Source: Pseudodesulfovibrio piezophilus C1TLV30 (GTDB taxonomy: Bacteria > Desulfobacterota > Desulfovibrionia > Desulfovibrionales > Desulfovibrionaceae). From it: 32,000 nucleotides of DNA. Shown piece by piece: positions 1 through 9,540 of the stretch. Where the stretch lies: NCBI RefSeq assembly GCF_000341895.1, contig NC_020409.1, positions 2,220,001 to 2,252,000 of the forward strand. Direction: 5' to 3'. The first letter of the stretch is position 1. Every line of letters starts with the position of its first letter. The translations under genes were made by a program, and so were the position numbers. The notes beneath the pieces were generated by a model. The model did no database searches. It was not told the origin of the DNA and was given only the letters and a program-made list of their open reading frames with translations.

Positions 1-196
1 AGAGTCATTGCATTTGCGTCCTGCCATCTTTGAGACACCGGATTCCTGAGCGAAAAATTCTTCACATGAAACGAACGCGCTGATGAGCGTTCAGGCTTTG
101 CCATGCGAAAAGAAGTGGGACACTGAGGCTCATTTCCAGGAGTTTACCCTCTGCCCGGATCGAAAAAGACGTTTCCTTGGCAGAAGGCAGATGCAT

Positions 197-1852
197 CTAA
201 TCGTCAAATCCATATTTGACAATGACCAGCGTGATATCGTCTTCAGCCTTGGTACCACCCGAAAAATCGCTGACCGCCTTGAACACCGCGTCCATAATTT
301 CCTGAGCACTATATCCGGCATGATCACGCACAACTTTCTTGAATCGATCCTTGCCAAACATCTCACCTTTTCGATTTCTGGCTTCCCATATGCCATCTGT
401 GCCAATGGCGATGATCTGACCGGGGTGCAATTCATTGGCCTGTTCATCATAGTGCGATTCACGGGTGACTCCCAGGGGCAGCCCGGTTCCTTCACCACCA
501 AGCTCGGTAAAGACATCAAGCACCGGACAATAAATCATGGCAGGGTCATGTCCGGCCCGGACCCAGCGGGCTGATTGCTTTTCAGGGTCCAGATTCAAAT
601 AGAACAATGTCATGAATCGACCTGAACCATCCAGATCCGAGGCAAGTTGACGATTCATTTCGGTCACGATCTGGGCAGGACTCCCCGGCTGTGAAGCCCG
701 CATGCGCAGGAATCCCCGCGCCGAAGTCATCAGCAGCGCCGCATCCACACCATGGCCGGAAATATCTCCCACAGCCACGGAAAGAGACGGATGCTCCGGA
801 TCCAGCCCTTCCAGATAATCAAAATAATCTCCACCCGCTATTTCACTGGCAATGGAAGAACCGGCAATATCGAGTCCGGGAATATGCGGCGCAGAATCCG
901 GCAGTAGACTTTTTTGCACCTCCCCCGCCAACTCTATGGCCTTTTTCTGTTCCGTAATATCAGCGACAAAGGCGACATTGCCCAGAAAAGTGCCGTGCTG
1001 GTCACGGAGCGTATTGGCATTGACCAATATGGGAATGGCATGACCATCCTTATGAAAGACGCTTCCCTCAAAACGCCTGTATTCAAGCTTGAGCAACTGT
1101 TCCCTGTTGCGTTCCAGAAAGAGCCTGTACTGCGGCGTGGCGTAATCGTGCGGCCGTCTGCCCACCAGCTCTTCCCGTTCACGGCCAAGCATCCGGCAGT
1201 AGGCGTCATTGACTTCCTTGATCACCAGTTCCTCATCAAGCAGCATGTAGCCTTCTCCGGCACCTTCGATGATACGGCGAAATTTATACTCACTATATGA
1301 AAGTGCTTCTTCTGCTTCCTTGCGTCGGGTTATGTCGATGAGCACACCTTGATTATAGAGCAATCGCCCCTGTTCATTCCGAATGACCGAGGTCTCATCC
1401 GAAACCCACCGCACCTCCCCATCGGCCGTTCGAATACGATATTCCTGCGTGTACTCTTCCAGATCGAGGTCACGATATTTCTGCAATTCGTCCCGCATAC
1501 GGGCCTGGTCAGCATCAACAATCATATCCTTGAAGGTGACAATGCCACCCATTAAATCCGAGGCGGCATATCCCCACTGGCTGATATTTTCCGAGACATA
1601 CACGATCCCGGCTTCATCATCGGCATTACGGCGAAATAATACTGCCGGGGATTTTTCCACTATCAGGTTGGCCAGTCCCATGGTTTCCCGAGCCTGACGG
1701 AGCTGTTCGATCTCGTCGATGCAGATGGCGCTCTCCCTGGCCCGCATTTGCATATGTTCCGCCAATGCGGCTTCACTTCGAGCAAGGCGACCTCGCAGCT
1801 CGGAGAGCTCAAGGGACAAATCTTCCTGCGTCATGGTAGTCTCTCTGGTCAT
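197..1852 (-). CDS. PAS-domain sensor fused to PP2C/SpoIIE-type serine phosphatase (RsbU-like)
   Basis: 551-aa ORF. It has a coiled-coil-like leader and two PAS-like segments ('IVYVSENISQWGY', 'MLLDEELVIKEVNDAYCRMLGREREELVG'). The C-terminus carries SpoIIE/PP2C motifs 'GGDYFDY', 'VAVGDISGHGVDAALLM' and 'IIAIGTDGIWEA'. The other ORFs listed over 83..1913 are alternative-frame shadows of it. Confidence 0.85.
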   Translation of the reverse strand: MTRETTMTQEDLSLELSELRGRLARSEAALAEHMQMRARESAICIDEIEQLRQARETMGLANLIVEKSPAVLFRRNADDEAGIVYVSENISQWGYAASDLMGGIVTFKDMIVDADQARMRDELQKYRDLDLEEYTQEYRIRTADGEVRWVSDETSVIRNEQGRLLYNQGVLIDITRRKEAEEALSYSEYKFRRIIEGAGEGYMLLDEELVIKEVNDAYCRMLGREREELVGRRPHDYATPQYRLFLERNREQLLKLEYRRFEGSVFHKDGHAIPILVNANTLRDQHGTFLGNVAFVADITEQKKAIELAGEVQKSLLPDSAPHIPGLDIAGSSIASEIAGGDYFDYLEGLDPEHPSLSVAVGDISGHGVDAALLMTSARGFLRMRASQPGSPAQIVTEMNRQLASDLDGSGRFMTLFYLNLDPEKQSARWVRAGHDPAMIYCPVLDVFTELGGEGTGLPLGVTRESHYDEQANELHPGQIIAIGTDGIWEARNRKGEMFGKDRFKKVVRDHAGYSAQEIMDAVFKAVSDFSGGTKAEDDITLVIVKYGFDD

Positions 1853-2055
1853 GTTTTCCTGGCTCCCGAAATGTGAAGGAAACGTGTCAAAAGGAGGGCA
1901 TTCCGCTACATAAGTCCAAACAGCCCAAGGTCAAGCTCGGAGAACACTCCTATACACTGCCTATAACCCAGGATGAGGAAGAATAGCCAGCAGGGACCAT
2001 GCTTGAACACCAAGCAGAAAAGCCCATGATTATCGAGTGCAAGGTTCTTTTGAGG

Positions 2056-2083
2056 TTGACAAACAGAAATTAATACTAATAAT
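2056..2083 (+). promoter_or_regulatory. candidate sigma70-type promoter for the small gene at 2111
   Basis: TTGACA (2056-2061), a 16-nt AT-rich spacer, then AATAAT (2078-2083), about 28 nt upstream of the ATG at 2111. The spacer/-10 area holds a short direct repeat ACTAATA x2. This rests on consensus matching only. Confidence 0.3.
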
Positions 2084-2110
2084 TACTAATAGCATTAGAG
2101 AAAGTATATT

Positions 2111-2296
2111 ATGGATTTTCCAATGCAGAACTTGGTTTTCACAGCCATGAAAGCAGTAGGTAAGCCTGTACGCCCAGGAGATATTGCACACGTCCTCGGA
2201 GCCGAAGCAAAGAGCTCTCCAAGGCCATACAATCCCTTAGAAAACAAGGAAAAGGTCTCTCCCCCAAGCGGTACTCCTGCAAACCTGCATAGATGA
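2111..2296 (+). CDS. small (about 60 aa) winged-helix-like protein whose reading frame appears broken
   Basis: The ORF-track frame reads 'MQNLVFTAMKAVGKPVRPGDIAHVLGAE' and then turns into low-complexity 'AKSSPRPYNPLENKEKVSPPSG'. Shifting frame near 2200-2210 gives 'SKELSKAIQSLRKQGKGLSPKRYSCKPA*' (stop 2290-2292). That reads like the recognition helix and wing of small wHTH proteins. A hairpin terminator follows. Confidence 0.35.
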   Translation: MDFPMQNLVFTAMKAVGKPVRPGDIAHVLGAEAKSSPRPYNPLENKEKVSPPSGTPANLHR

Positions 2297-2342
2297 AAGA
2301 ATCACAACCCTCACACTCTCCTCAAACCTCCAAACCCCCGTC

Positions 2343-2378
2343 AGCCCCGGTTTCATGCCCCGAAACCGGGGCTTTCTC
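2343..2378 (+). terminator. rho-independent terminator after the small wHTH gene
   Basis: Perfect 12-bp stem AGCCCCGGTTTC (2343-2354) / GAAACCGGGGCT (2362-2373) with a 7-nt loop, followed by TTCTCAT. Confidence 0.6.
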
Positions 2379-2510
2379 ATGCTGATTCGATTCTGCCAAT
2401 GGCAGCAGGAGCGATCGTAACCAGTTCCCCTTTCAATCAGGAAAAATGGGAGTGGGAAGCTCGTCCGATATGCCTTCGCACAAAGCGGGATTGTGTCGTG
2501 AAAGAATGAA

Positions 2511-3143
2511 TCAGACGGATTTGGTACAAGCCAGCCGAACACCGAGCGCGATGAAGAGTGTTCCGGCAGAACGTTTGATCCATCCAACGTATTTGCCACC
2601 CCCTTGAAAGAAGCTCGCCGCACGGGCGCCGACCCAGGCCCATATGAGATTGATCAAGACGGCATTGAAGGTGAACAGGATGCCCAGTATGAGAAATGCC
2701 AGGGGTTTCGAGGGAGCTTCCGTCATGACGAATTGTGGAAGAAAGGCCAGAAAGAAGAGGGCGACTTTGGGATTCAAGGCATTTGTGAGGAATCCCTGTG
2801 TGTAGACTTTTCGCAAGGAAGCTCGACAGTTGACAGAAATTTTTTGCTGCCCGGAGCCTGCTCTTCGCCACATGGCAAGCCCAACCCAGACCAGATAGCC
2901 TGCCCCGATGAATTTGACCACAGTGAATGCCGTGGCCGAAGTCGCCAGGATGGCGGACAAACCAAGGGCGGCAGAAAAGACATGGACAAAGCATCCGGTG
3001 CCAACACCCAATGCAGCGACAATCCCGATCTTCCAACCATGGCCGGCACTCCGACTGACAATATATGCGACATCCTGCCCAGGCGTGATATTGAGCAACA
3101 GCCCGGAGATGATGAACAAGGCAAGATCGTGGATACCAAACAT
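2511..3143 (-). CDS. LysE/RhtB-family amino-acid exporter
   Basis: About 210 aa counted from the internal Met 'MFGIHDLALFIISGLLLNITPGQDVAYIVSRSAGHGWKIGIVAALGVGTG...'. This matches the typical LysE N-terminal 'PGP/PGQ' motif and a multi-TM hydrophobic profile. The ORF-track start at 3233 adds 30 non-hydrophobic residues and is less likely. Confidence 0.85.
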   Translation of the reverse strand: MFGIHDLALFIISGLLLNITPGQDVAYIVSRSAGHGWKIGIVAALGVGTGCFVHVFSAALGLSAILATSATAFTVVKFIGAGYLVWVGLAMWRRAGSGQQKISVNCRASLRKVYTQGFLTNALNPKVALFFLAFLPQFVMTEAPSKPLAFLILGILFTFNAVLINLIWAWVGARAASFFQGGGKYVGWIKRSAGTLFIALGVRLACTKSV

Positions 3144-3344
3144 GAAGAATCCTTTTCCGGTCGGCCCGATGCAGCAGACGTCGGGGTTGGGAAAACAAAA
3201 ACGGACTGTGGCTGTGAAAGGAATGCTCCTCACATCTTCCCAGATGCCGACATCAAAGGGAAAAACTCTCGGAGCAATGCCACGTCAGTGCCATGAAATA
3301 CACTCGCCACCATGGATTGTCCAGAATACCAGCCCCACACGGCG

Positions 3345-4121
3345 TCAATGCCCAGAGTGAACCGAGCCGCTCAAGCCATCATAGTCGGGATATTCCCGAA
3401 ACCACCGATCAAAGATCGGTTTGAGTTTCCCAGTCCGGTGAAGCCGCAGCAGTCCCTCCTCAAACATCGAACAGAGGGTTCTGCCTCGATCGGAATTGCT
3501 GAACAAAGGATAATAGGAACGAGTCCCGGCCGGTTCTATGGCATAGTCATTCATGGCAAACGGAATCATGGTCCCGGCCATGGACTGCTTGATCAGGATC
3601 ATGTCATCCACATAGAAATCCGAACGATCCATGAGAATCATACCCAGAGCCTGAATCCCATCAATGACCATCTTGATGCGCACGGGGACCGGAAAATCCT
3701 TTTCAGTATAATACGTGGCCTGACTCAAAATCTCCTTTCCCCACAGGGTCTCCAGACCATGCCATGTTCCGATTCGTTTTTTCTTGAAAAAAACGTAAAA
3801 CATACTCTGATACAAAGGATAACGGGCTGTTACCAAAGCCGGTGTTTCGGTCCCGGAACAGGTCATCACATCGGCCTGACCGGATTCAAGCAGTGCTATG
3901 GAACGAATGGACTTTGAATAAATATGGCGTACCGGGACATCATACAGGTTGAAAACTTCCCGCAGAATTTCATGATACAATCCGGTTCCATCCCGATTTG
4001 TAAAGCTTTCCCAGGCCGGGCTGGTGGAAATGACTGCTCTGATTTCACCGGCACTGGCCGTTGAAAAAAGGAGTGCAAAAGCAGAGATAACAAAAAAGAA
4101 ATAGAACCTTATAAAAACCAT
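3345..4121 (-). CDS. periplasmic solute-binding protein (PBP type 2 / family 3-like)
   Basis: The probable start is 'MVFIRFYFFFVISAFALLFSTASAGE', a signal peptide. The mature part 'IRAVISTSPAWESFTNRDGTGLYHEILREVFNLYDVPVRHIYSKSIRSIALLESGQADVM' resembles transporter substrate-binding domains. Confidence 0.7.
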   Translation of the reverse strand: MVFIRFYFFFVISAFALLFSTASAGEIRAVISTSPAWESFTNRDGTGLYHEILREVFNLYDVPVRHIYSKSIRSIALLESGQADVMTCSGTETPALVTARYPLYQSMFYVFFKKKRIGTWHGLETLWGKEILSQATYYTEKDFPVPVRIKMVIDGIQALGMILMDRSDFYVDDMILIKQSMAGTMIPFAMNDYAIEPAGTRSYYPLFSNSDRGRTLCSMFEEGLLRLHRTGKLKPIFDRWFREYPDYDGLSGSVHSGH

Positions 4122-4153
4122 ATTTCTGTTATAGCACCCCTGACGCCAGGAGA

Positions 4154-4830
4154 TCAAACATTCCCTTGTCGATCCATGGTTCGATAATTGATGGCCTCCG
4201 CCAGGTGATCGACAGAGAGAGAGGCTGTCTTTTCAAGGTCTGCGATAGTCCGGGCGATCCTTAAGACACGAGTATAGGCTCGAGCGGAAAGTCCCAAGGT
4301 TTCCACGGCCTGTTTCAGGAAATCATGCCCTTCCTCTTTCAAAACGCAATGTTTCTCCAGAGCAGATCCGGTCAATTCGGCATTCAGTGTTATCCGTTCG
4401 TCTGCGTACCGGGTCGACTGCATTTCCCGGGCATCGAGAATACGGGCGCGCATGGTTGCCGAATCCACATCACTTCGGGTCTTCTTGAGCTCCTCATACG
4501 GTACAGCCGGAACATCCACATGCAAATCAATCCTGTCGAGCAACGGCCCGGAAAGTCTGCTCCGATAGCGCTGTACGGCTAACGGCGAACACGTACAGAT
4601 ATGAGTTTCATCTGACAGGTACCCGCACGGACACGGATTCATGGCAGCCACCAACATCACATCAGCAGGATATTTCAGGGTAATCAGTGAGCGAGAAATC
4701 GAAACTTCACCATCTTCCAAAGGCTGCCGAAGCACTTCCAGAACCTGTTTCTTGAACTCCGGCATTTCATCGAGAAATAAGACTCCCCGATGAGCCAGCG
4801 ATGTCTCGCCTGGCTGAGGGTATCGCCCCC
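4154..4830 (-). pseudogene. comM: 3' fragment of comM/yifB (Mg-chelatase-like AAA+ competence protein), cut off by transposon insertion
   Basis: The minus-strand frame is open from 4830 to the stop at 4154-4156. It reads 'G RYPQPGETSLAHRGVLFLDEMPEFKKQVLEVLRQPLEDGEVSISR...AAMNPCPCGY...'. These are the Walker B, sensor and C-terminal regions of YifB/ComM. The N-terminal 288 codons lie at 28704..29567. Confidence 0.9.
4826..4830. repeat. target-site duplication copy 1 (CCCCC)
   Basis: CCCCC lies directly outside the TGT terminus at 4831. An identical CCCCC lies directly outside the ACA terminus at 28703. A 5-bp duplication is the Tn7-family hallmark. Confidence 0.8.
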
Positions 4831-4964
4831 TGTAATATGTTGCAATAGATGCGACAACACCCCCTAGAAAACCTCTCTTTACGGAAAGATCTCTTGAAAT
4901 AAATGCGACAGAAATCTACAATTAAGCACGACGGAGCTAGATGTGACTTATAATAAATGCGACG
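4831..4964. repeat. tnsA-proximal transposon end with three spaced TnsB-type repeats
   Basis: 'TGCGACA/G' cores end at 4856, 4910 and 4964, a regular 54-bp spacing. Each is preceded by an AT-rich 'TTGCAATAGA / TTGAAATAAA / TTATAATAAA' segment. The third repeat overlaps the first codons of tnsA. Confidence 0.7.
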
Positions 4965-5635
4965 AACAACCGCGCCAAGTCCGTAAGATTAAATCCACTC
5001 GAAGAAGTATTTCGGGCGTGTATGTATTCAGAGGAGAGTCTTCTGTACAGTTTGAGTCTTCGCTTGAACGCGACTTTCTTATTCGACTTGAGTTCAATCT
5101 TTCTGTGCTCGACGTAATCCCTCAACCATGTGAAATTCCTTTTACAGACCGAAATGGCCAAACACACATCTACACTCCAGACTTCCTCGTTTATTACAGG
5201 ATGGGCAACTCACACTATGGACACCACATTCGTCCACAACTTATCGAGGTAAAGCCAGAAAATCATTGGCGGACAAACCGTCATAAATGGCTAACCAAAT
5301 GGAAGGCCGCCTACCGATACTCCAAAGAGAGAGGATGGATTTTTCACATCCACGATGAGTCACGGGTTAGGGACCAAGTTTATCAGAATGTCCGCTTCTT
5401 AGAGCGCTATGGTCAGATGAATTTTTCGCCAGAAGAATCAGCCTGGGTTTTACAAAACGTCCAAGCAAAGGGTGCCGTTCCTGTTAATCGCATTTTGGCA
5501 CGGCATTTTATGGGTAATTACAAAGCGGAAGGCCTCAGCCACATTTGGCACCTATTGGCAACTCGCAAGCTGGACTGTGACATGTCTCTCCCTTTAAACG
5601 AACAAACCGAACTATGGGTGCCCGCACATGACTAA
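4943..5635 (+). CDS. tnsA: TnsA-type transposase endonuclease subunit
   Basis: 230 aa with a GTG start. 'SVQFESSLERDFLIRLEF...VLDVIPQPCEIPF...YTPDFLVYY...QLIEVKP' matches the restriction-endonuclease-like TnsA N-terminal fold (E/D...D...K pattern). It overlaps tnsB by 8 nt. Confidence 0.85.
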   Translation: MTYNKCDEQPRQVRKIKSTRRSISGVYVFRGESSVQFESSLERDFLIRLEFNLSVLDVIPQPCEIPFTDRNGQTHIYTPDFLVYYRMGNSHYGHHIRPQLIEVKPENHWRTNRHKWLTKWKAAYRYSKERGWIFHIHDESRVRDQVYQNVRFLERYGQMNFSPEESAWVLQNVQAKGAVPVNRILARHFMGNYKAEGLSHIWHLLATRKLDCDMSLPLNEQTELWVPAHD

Positions 5636-7547
5636 ACATATTGCAGAGTACCAAACGAAAAAAGCCTACGAGCCTAAACGAACTCCGGTTGATCTTAGAG
5701 TTGGCAACTTAGTGTCTTGTGGTGATCAGGTATACCGCCTCTCTGAAATACTCGATTTTGGATCCGTTATTGGCGTTGAAGTGCACAGCGGACGAAGTGT
5801 ACCTCTTCGAATAGGAGAATTGCGAGCTCTCGATGACCAAGAAACCCAAATTTCTGTTGACCAAGATATTGACGAGATAACATCTGACGACTGGAAGATC
5901 GCTGAAAAACGATACGAGGCAATTAAGCCCATCGTTGAGTTTGATTCTCCTGGAAGGAAAAGAGTAACTCAACGAGCTAAAGAGATTGGAGTTCACCCGT
6001 CGACGCTTTATCGTTGGCTGGGAGCTTTTCAAAGCTTTGGCGTTATTTCAGCCTTAATCCCAAGGCGACGCGGCTGGAAAGAGGGTAATGGGCGTATCTC
6101 TGTTGCTGCAGAGGAAGTAGTCCAACAGACCATCAAAGACTTTTACCTGACCCCTCAGAGGCCATCTGCACAAGAAACCGTCGTCGAAGTCCGCCGTCGA
6201 TGTCGAGAAGTTGGAGTAAACGCTCCAAGTGCATCCACCATCCGTTCAAGAATTTCAAAGATCACAGAAAAAGAACGATTACGAGGACGTGGGTACAGAG
6301 AAAAAGCCAAAAACAAATTTATTCCAACTCCTGGCACCTTCCCTCACGCAGACTACCCTTTGGCTGTCGTTCAAATTGATCACACTCCAGTGGATCTTAA
6401 CATTGTCGATGACGAATTTAGAAGACCCATCGACCGTGTGTGGCTCACCCTTGCAATTGATGTCTATTCTCGAATGGTAACGGGCTATCACCTTTCGCTT
6501 GATAGTCCTTCAGGGACCTCTGTGGCCATGTGCGTTGCCCACTCGATGCTCCCTAAAGAAGAGTGGCTAACACTTCACGGCGTCGATGCTGATTGGCCCG
6601 TCTGGGGCAAACCCCGTACTATTCACGTTGACAATGGTCCTGATTTCAAATCGGACAATTTCAAAAAGTCTTGTGCGATGCACTCGATTAATCTCGACTA
6701 CCGACCAGTTAAAGTCCCCAGGTATGGTGCCCATATTGAGCGGTTGTTAGGCACTTTCATGAAGCATGTTCACGGCCTCCCAGGTACCACTTTTTCGTCT
6801 GTTCACCACAAGGCCGAATACGACTCCGAAAAGCACGCCGCCATGACCAAGTCAGAACTCGAAAAGTGGTTGGTTGTGCTCATCTGTAAGTATTATCATC
6901 AAAAAATGCACAATGGCATCGGCATGTCACCTAGTCGAAAATGGGAAATCGGAATCTTTGGGAACGCTGAAGAGACAGGAATAGGAATGCGTCCTCGCCC
7001 GTCGGACAGGCTTTCTATCCAACTTGACTTTCTTCCCTCTTTCAAAAGGACAATCCAGACTTTTGGAGTAACTATTGACGGGTTGAAATATTATTCCGAA
7101 TCCTTAAGACCTTGGATTAACTACAAGGACCCCAAGAAAAAGACTAAACGTAAATTCGTCTTCCGTCGTGATCCGAGAGATATCAGCAATGTTTGGTTCT
7201 ATGACCCAGACCTTAAGCAATACTTCAGAATCCCCTTTGCTAATCTTTCCCTACCGCCAATGAGTTTTTACGAGTACCAACAGGCTCAAAAAAAACTCAA
7301 AGCTGAAGGAGAAAAGAGCGTCAACGAACATCGCCTGCTAGACGCGGTTAACGAACTCCGTGAAATGGTTGAGGTCTCGAAAGAAAAAACCAAAAAAGCA
7401 CGCCGTCAAGCCCAACGTCGAAAAGAACACGAAAAAAAGATTACTCCTGCAACGCCATTCAAAAAAACGGCCAGTAAGCCGAGCAAATCAAAAACGAATA
7501 ATAGCTTCGTTGATGGCGACATCGATGGGTTTGGAGATATTGCCTGA
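5628..7547 (+). CDS. tnsB: TnsB-type DDE transposase (Mu/rve superfamily)
   Basis: 639 aa. It has an N-terminal HTH ('GVHPSTLYRWL') and DDE core motifs 'VVQIDHTPVDL', 'IHVDNGPDFKS' and 'GAHIERLLGTF'. The C-terminal tail is basic. Confidence 0.9.
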   Translation: MTKHIAEYQTKKAYEPKRTPVDLRVGNLVSCGDQVYRLSEILDFGSVIGVEVHSGRSVPLRIGELRALDDQETQISVDQDIDEITSDDWKIAEKRYEAIKPIVEFDSPGRKRVTQRAKEIGVHPSTLYRWLGAFQSFGVISALIPRRRGWKEGNGRISVAAEEVVQQTIKDFYLTPQRPSAQETVVEVRRRCREVGVNAPSASTIRSRISKITEKERLRGRGYREKAKNKFIPTPGTFPHADYPLAVVQIDHTPVDLNIVDDEFRRPIDRVWLTLAIDVYSRMVTGYHLSLDSPSGTSVAMCVAHSMLPKEEWLTLHGVDADWPVWGKPRTIHVDNGPDFKSDNFKKSCAMHSINLDYRPVKVPRYGAHIERLLGTFMKHVHGLPGTTFSSVHHKAEYDSEKHAAMTKSELEKWLVVLICKYYHQKMHNGIGMSPSRKWEIGIFGNAEETGIGMRPRPSDRLSIQLDFLPSFKRTIQTFGVTIDGLKYYSESLRPWINYKDPKKKTKRKFVFRRDPRDISNVWFYDPDLKQYFRIPFANLSLPPMSFYEYQQAQKKLKAEGEKSVNEHRLLDAVNELREMVEVSKEKTKKARRQAQRRKEHEKKITPATPFKKTASKPSKSKTNNSFVDGDIDGFGDIA

Positions 7548-8452
7548 TGACCAATAGCATTCAACAAAACACACAACATATTCATCCAGACTTTCGGCAC
7601 ATTCTTGGCTTATCTGCTGAAGAGAGGATTGCATTCATGGACCTACCTCGATGGGTTGGTTATGGGGCAGCCCAAAAAGTACTCGATACACTGCAAGGCC
7701 TTTTACACAAGCCTAAACGACCAAGAATGCCCAATCTTCTTCTTGTCGGTGATCCGAACAATGGAAAAACAACCATCGTAAGACGATTCAAACAACTCTG
7801 CGGGGAGGGCTACGTCAACGAAGACAATGATCCCGTTAAACCCATTATCCTTGCTGAAGCTCCACCAACCGCAGATGAGAAGAGCCTTTACATTTCAATT
7901 CTTGAACGCTTCTTCACTCCGTATCGTCCAACGGACCCTGCCTCCAAGCTTCGTTATCAGGTCGTCCACTTGTTCCGCGAATGTCATGTAAGTCTTTTGA
8001 TCATTGATGAATTTCACTCCTTACTCACTGGCACTCCTATCAAACAACGAGAGGTTATGAACGCAATTAAACTCCTGTGCAACGAGCTTTCGATTCCTGT
8101 TGTGGGGGTTGGGACGCGAGAGGCTGTTACTGTACTTCACACAGACCCACAACATGCCAGTCGTTTTGACGTGTTGGCACTCCCTCTATGGGAAACAAAC
8201 AAAGAATTTCAGACGCTTTTGACTGACTTTGAGAAAATACTGCCATTGAAAAAACCATCCACCCTTCACACACCTGAACTCGCACAGTCCCTCCACTCAA
8301 TTTCTGGCGGGAACTTAGGGAACCTGCACCGCCTTCTGGTCGAATGCGCAACTGAAGCTATCAAAAGCGGCAAAGAGCAAATTGATAAACCAATTATTGA
8401 AGGCAAAACATGGGTACGACCTACTCGTGGCATAAGGGAGCTGTCAGGGTAA
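7547..8452 (+). CDS. tnsC: TnsC/TniB-type AAA+ transposition regulator
   Basis: 301 aa. Walker A is 'LLLVGDPNNGKTTIV' and Walker B is 'LLIIDEFH'. The start overlaps the tnsB stop (TGATG). Confidence 0.85.
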   Translation: MTNSIQQNTQHIHPDFRHILGLSAEERIAFMDLPRWVGYGAAQKVLDTLQGLLHKPKRPRMPNLLLVGDPNNGKTTIVRRFKQLCGEGYVNEDNDPVKPIILAEAPPTADEKSLYISILERFFTPYRPTDPASKLRYQVVHLFRECHVSLLIIDEFHSLLTGTPIKQREVMNAIKLLCNELSIPVVGVGTREAVTVLHTDPQHASRFDVLALPLWETNKEFQTLLTDFEKILPLKKPSTLHTPELAQSLHSISGGNLGNLHRLLVECATEAIKSGKEQIDKPIIEGKTWVRPTRGIRELSG

Positions 8453-9540
8453 ATCCCGTATGGGTGGCTTCGACCGATATACAGCCAGATGAAATCTTTT
8501 CTTCATGGCTAGTACGAAGCGCCCTTATTAACGGCTGTGACCCCATGACTCTGACATGGGATATTTGGCCTAGATGGCGTGTCTGGACAACAGACATTGA
8601 TCGAGGGCCCCCGCTCGAAAGGCTCGCACCATTGTCTCGTCTTTCTGGAATTCCAATAGCCAGATTACAGCTCACGACCCTCCACTCAGTAGCTTCATCA
8701 ATCACCGCCCCTCTGTCACCCAACTCTGTCTGGCCATGGATTCTCGCCATTGGCGCACGAGGTAGCAGTAGACGTAGTGGGCAGCAATACTGTCCACGAT
8801 GCCTCAAAGAAGACCATAAGCCCTTTTTCCGTATCCAGTGGAGGTTTGGATGGCACACCGTCTGCTCAAAACACGGACACTCCTTGTTAGACAGGTGTCC
8901 CGCGTGTCATCTCCCTATTCAGCCCCACCAGCTAAAAGCAGAAAGTAGATTAATTACGCTCTGTCCAAAGTGTGGAGTGGATCTAAGAAAAGCGAAAAGC
9001 CATGATGCTCACCCCAATCTCCTTGCCCTCCAAATTGTAGCTGACGGCGTTGTGACAAATGGATGCGGCCTCTTTGGAAATCATGCTCTGAGCGTAGCAG
9101 AATGGTTTGAGCTAGCTTATTTCTTTTCACTACTGACTAGAAGATTCACGGTTGCAGCCACCAATGCCCACAAACAACTGGCAACCATTTTTAACCTTAC
9201 TGATATCCACAATTGCGCTCCTCCAAGGGATCGAATTGAGACACTGCGTATCCATGACCGACAGCTGCTATTTAAAGGAGTTGCTATCATGATGAAAAAG
9301 GGGCCCAAGTTTTTTCAAGAAGCCATGTTGAAAGCAAAAGCAAGTAGACAAAGCTTGTGTCCTAAAGGTGTTGCGTTGCCCAGGATTCTCAATCCCATTT
9401 TTGAAAGGCTTCCGGACAACCCACTACTGCGCAACCGGAAACGCTCAATAAAATCTTACCCTCCAAAGCCTACCCCTCGTCACCTTGTCGAAAAGCGAAT
9501 GAAGCACATCATGCGCTTAGTTAAGGAGCAAAAGGGATGA
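8410..9540 (+). CDS. tniQ: TniQ/TnsD-family target-selection protein
   Basis: The N-terminus 'PDEIFSSWLVRSALINGCDP' and the zinc-finger region 'QYCPRCLKEDHKPFFRIQWRFGWHTVCSKHGHSLLDRCPACHLPI...CPKCG' are typical TniQ signatures. The ATG at 8410 overlaps tnsC by 43 nt, so the true start could be slightly downstream. Confidence 0.85.
   Translation: MGTTYSWHKGAVRVNPVWVASTDIQPDEIFSSWLVRSALINGCDPMTLTWDIWPRWRVWTTDIDRGPPLERLAPLSRLSGIPIARLQLTTLHSVASSITAPLSPNSVWPWILAIGARGSSRRSGQQYCPRCLKEDHKPFFRIQWRFGWHTVCSKHGHSLLDRCPACHLPIQPHQLKAESRLITLCPKCGVDLRKAKSHDAHPNLLALQIVADGVVTNGCGLFGNHALSVAEWFELAYFFSLLTRRFTVAATNAHKQLATIFNLTDIHNCAPPRDRIETLRIHDRQLLFKGVAIMMKKGPKFFQEAMLKAKASRQSLCPKGVALPRILNPIFERLPDNPLLRNRKRSIKSYPPKPTPRHLVEKRMKHIMRLVKEQKG

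Noticed and set aside
1-196. Possible minus-strand gene start at about position 9 and a sigma54-like TGGCA...TGCA element near 20-40
   Set aside because: Only three codons would be inside the window. The GG-to-GC spacing of the putative -24/-12 element is 12 nt rather than the required 10 nt.
83-1913. Plus-strand and alternative minus-strand ORFs (163, 129, 128, 104, 91, 88 aa etc.) over the PAS-PP2C gene
   Set aside because: All lie inside, or antisense to, the 551-aa ORF that carries clear PAS and SpoIIE motifs. None has recognisable motifs.
2437-3360. Stack of overlapping ORFs (253 aa, 230 aa, 150 aa, 121 aa) over the LysE gene
   Set aside because: Only the 2511..3143 minus frame gives a coherent multi-TM LysE-like protein. 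The others are R/G/P/C-rich alternative-frame products of a GC-rich gene.
3312-3917. 201-aa plus-strand ORF
   Set aside because: It is antisense to the solute-binding-protein gene, which has a signal peptide and family-like sequence.
8421-8858. 145-aa minus-strand ORF
   Set aside because: It is antisense to the tniQ region that carries the diagnostic TniQ N-terminal and zinc-finger motifs.
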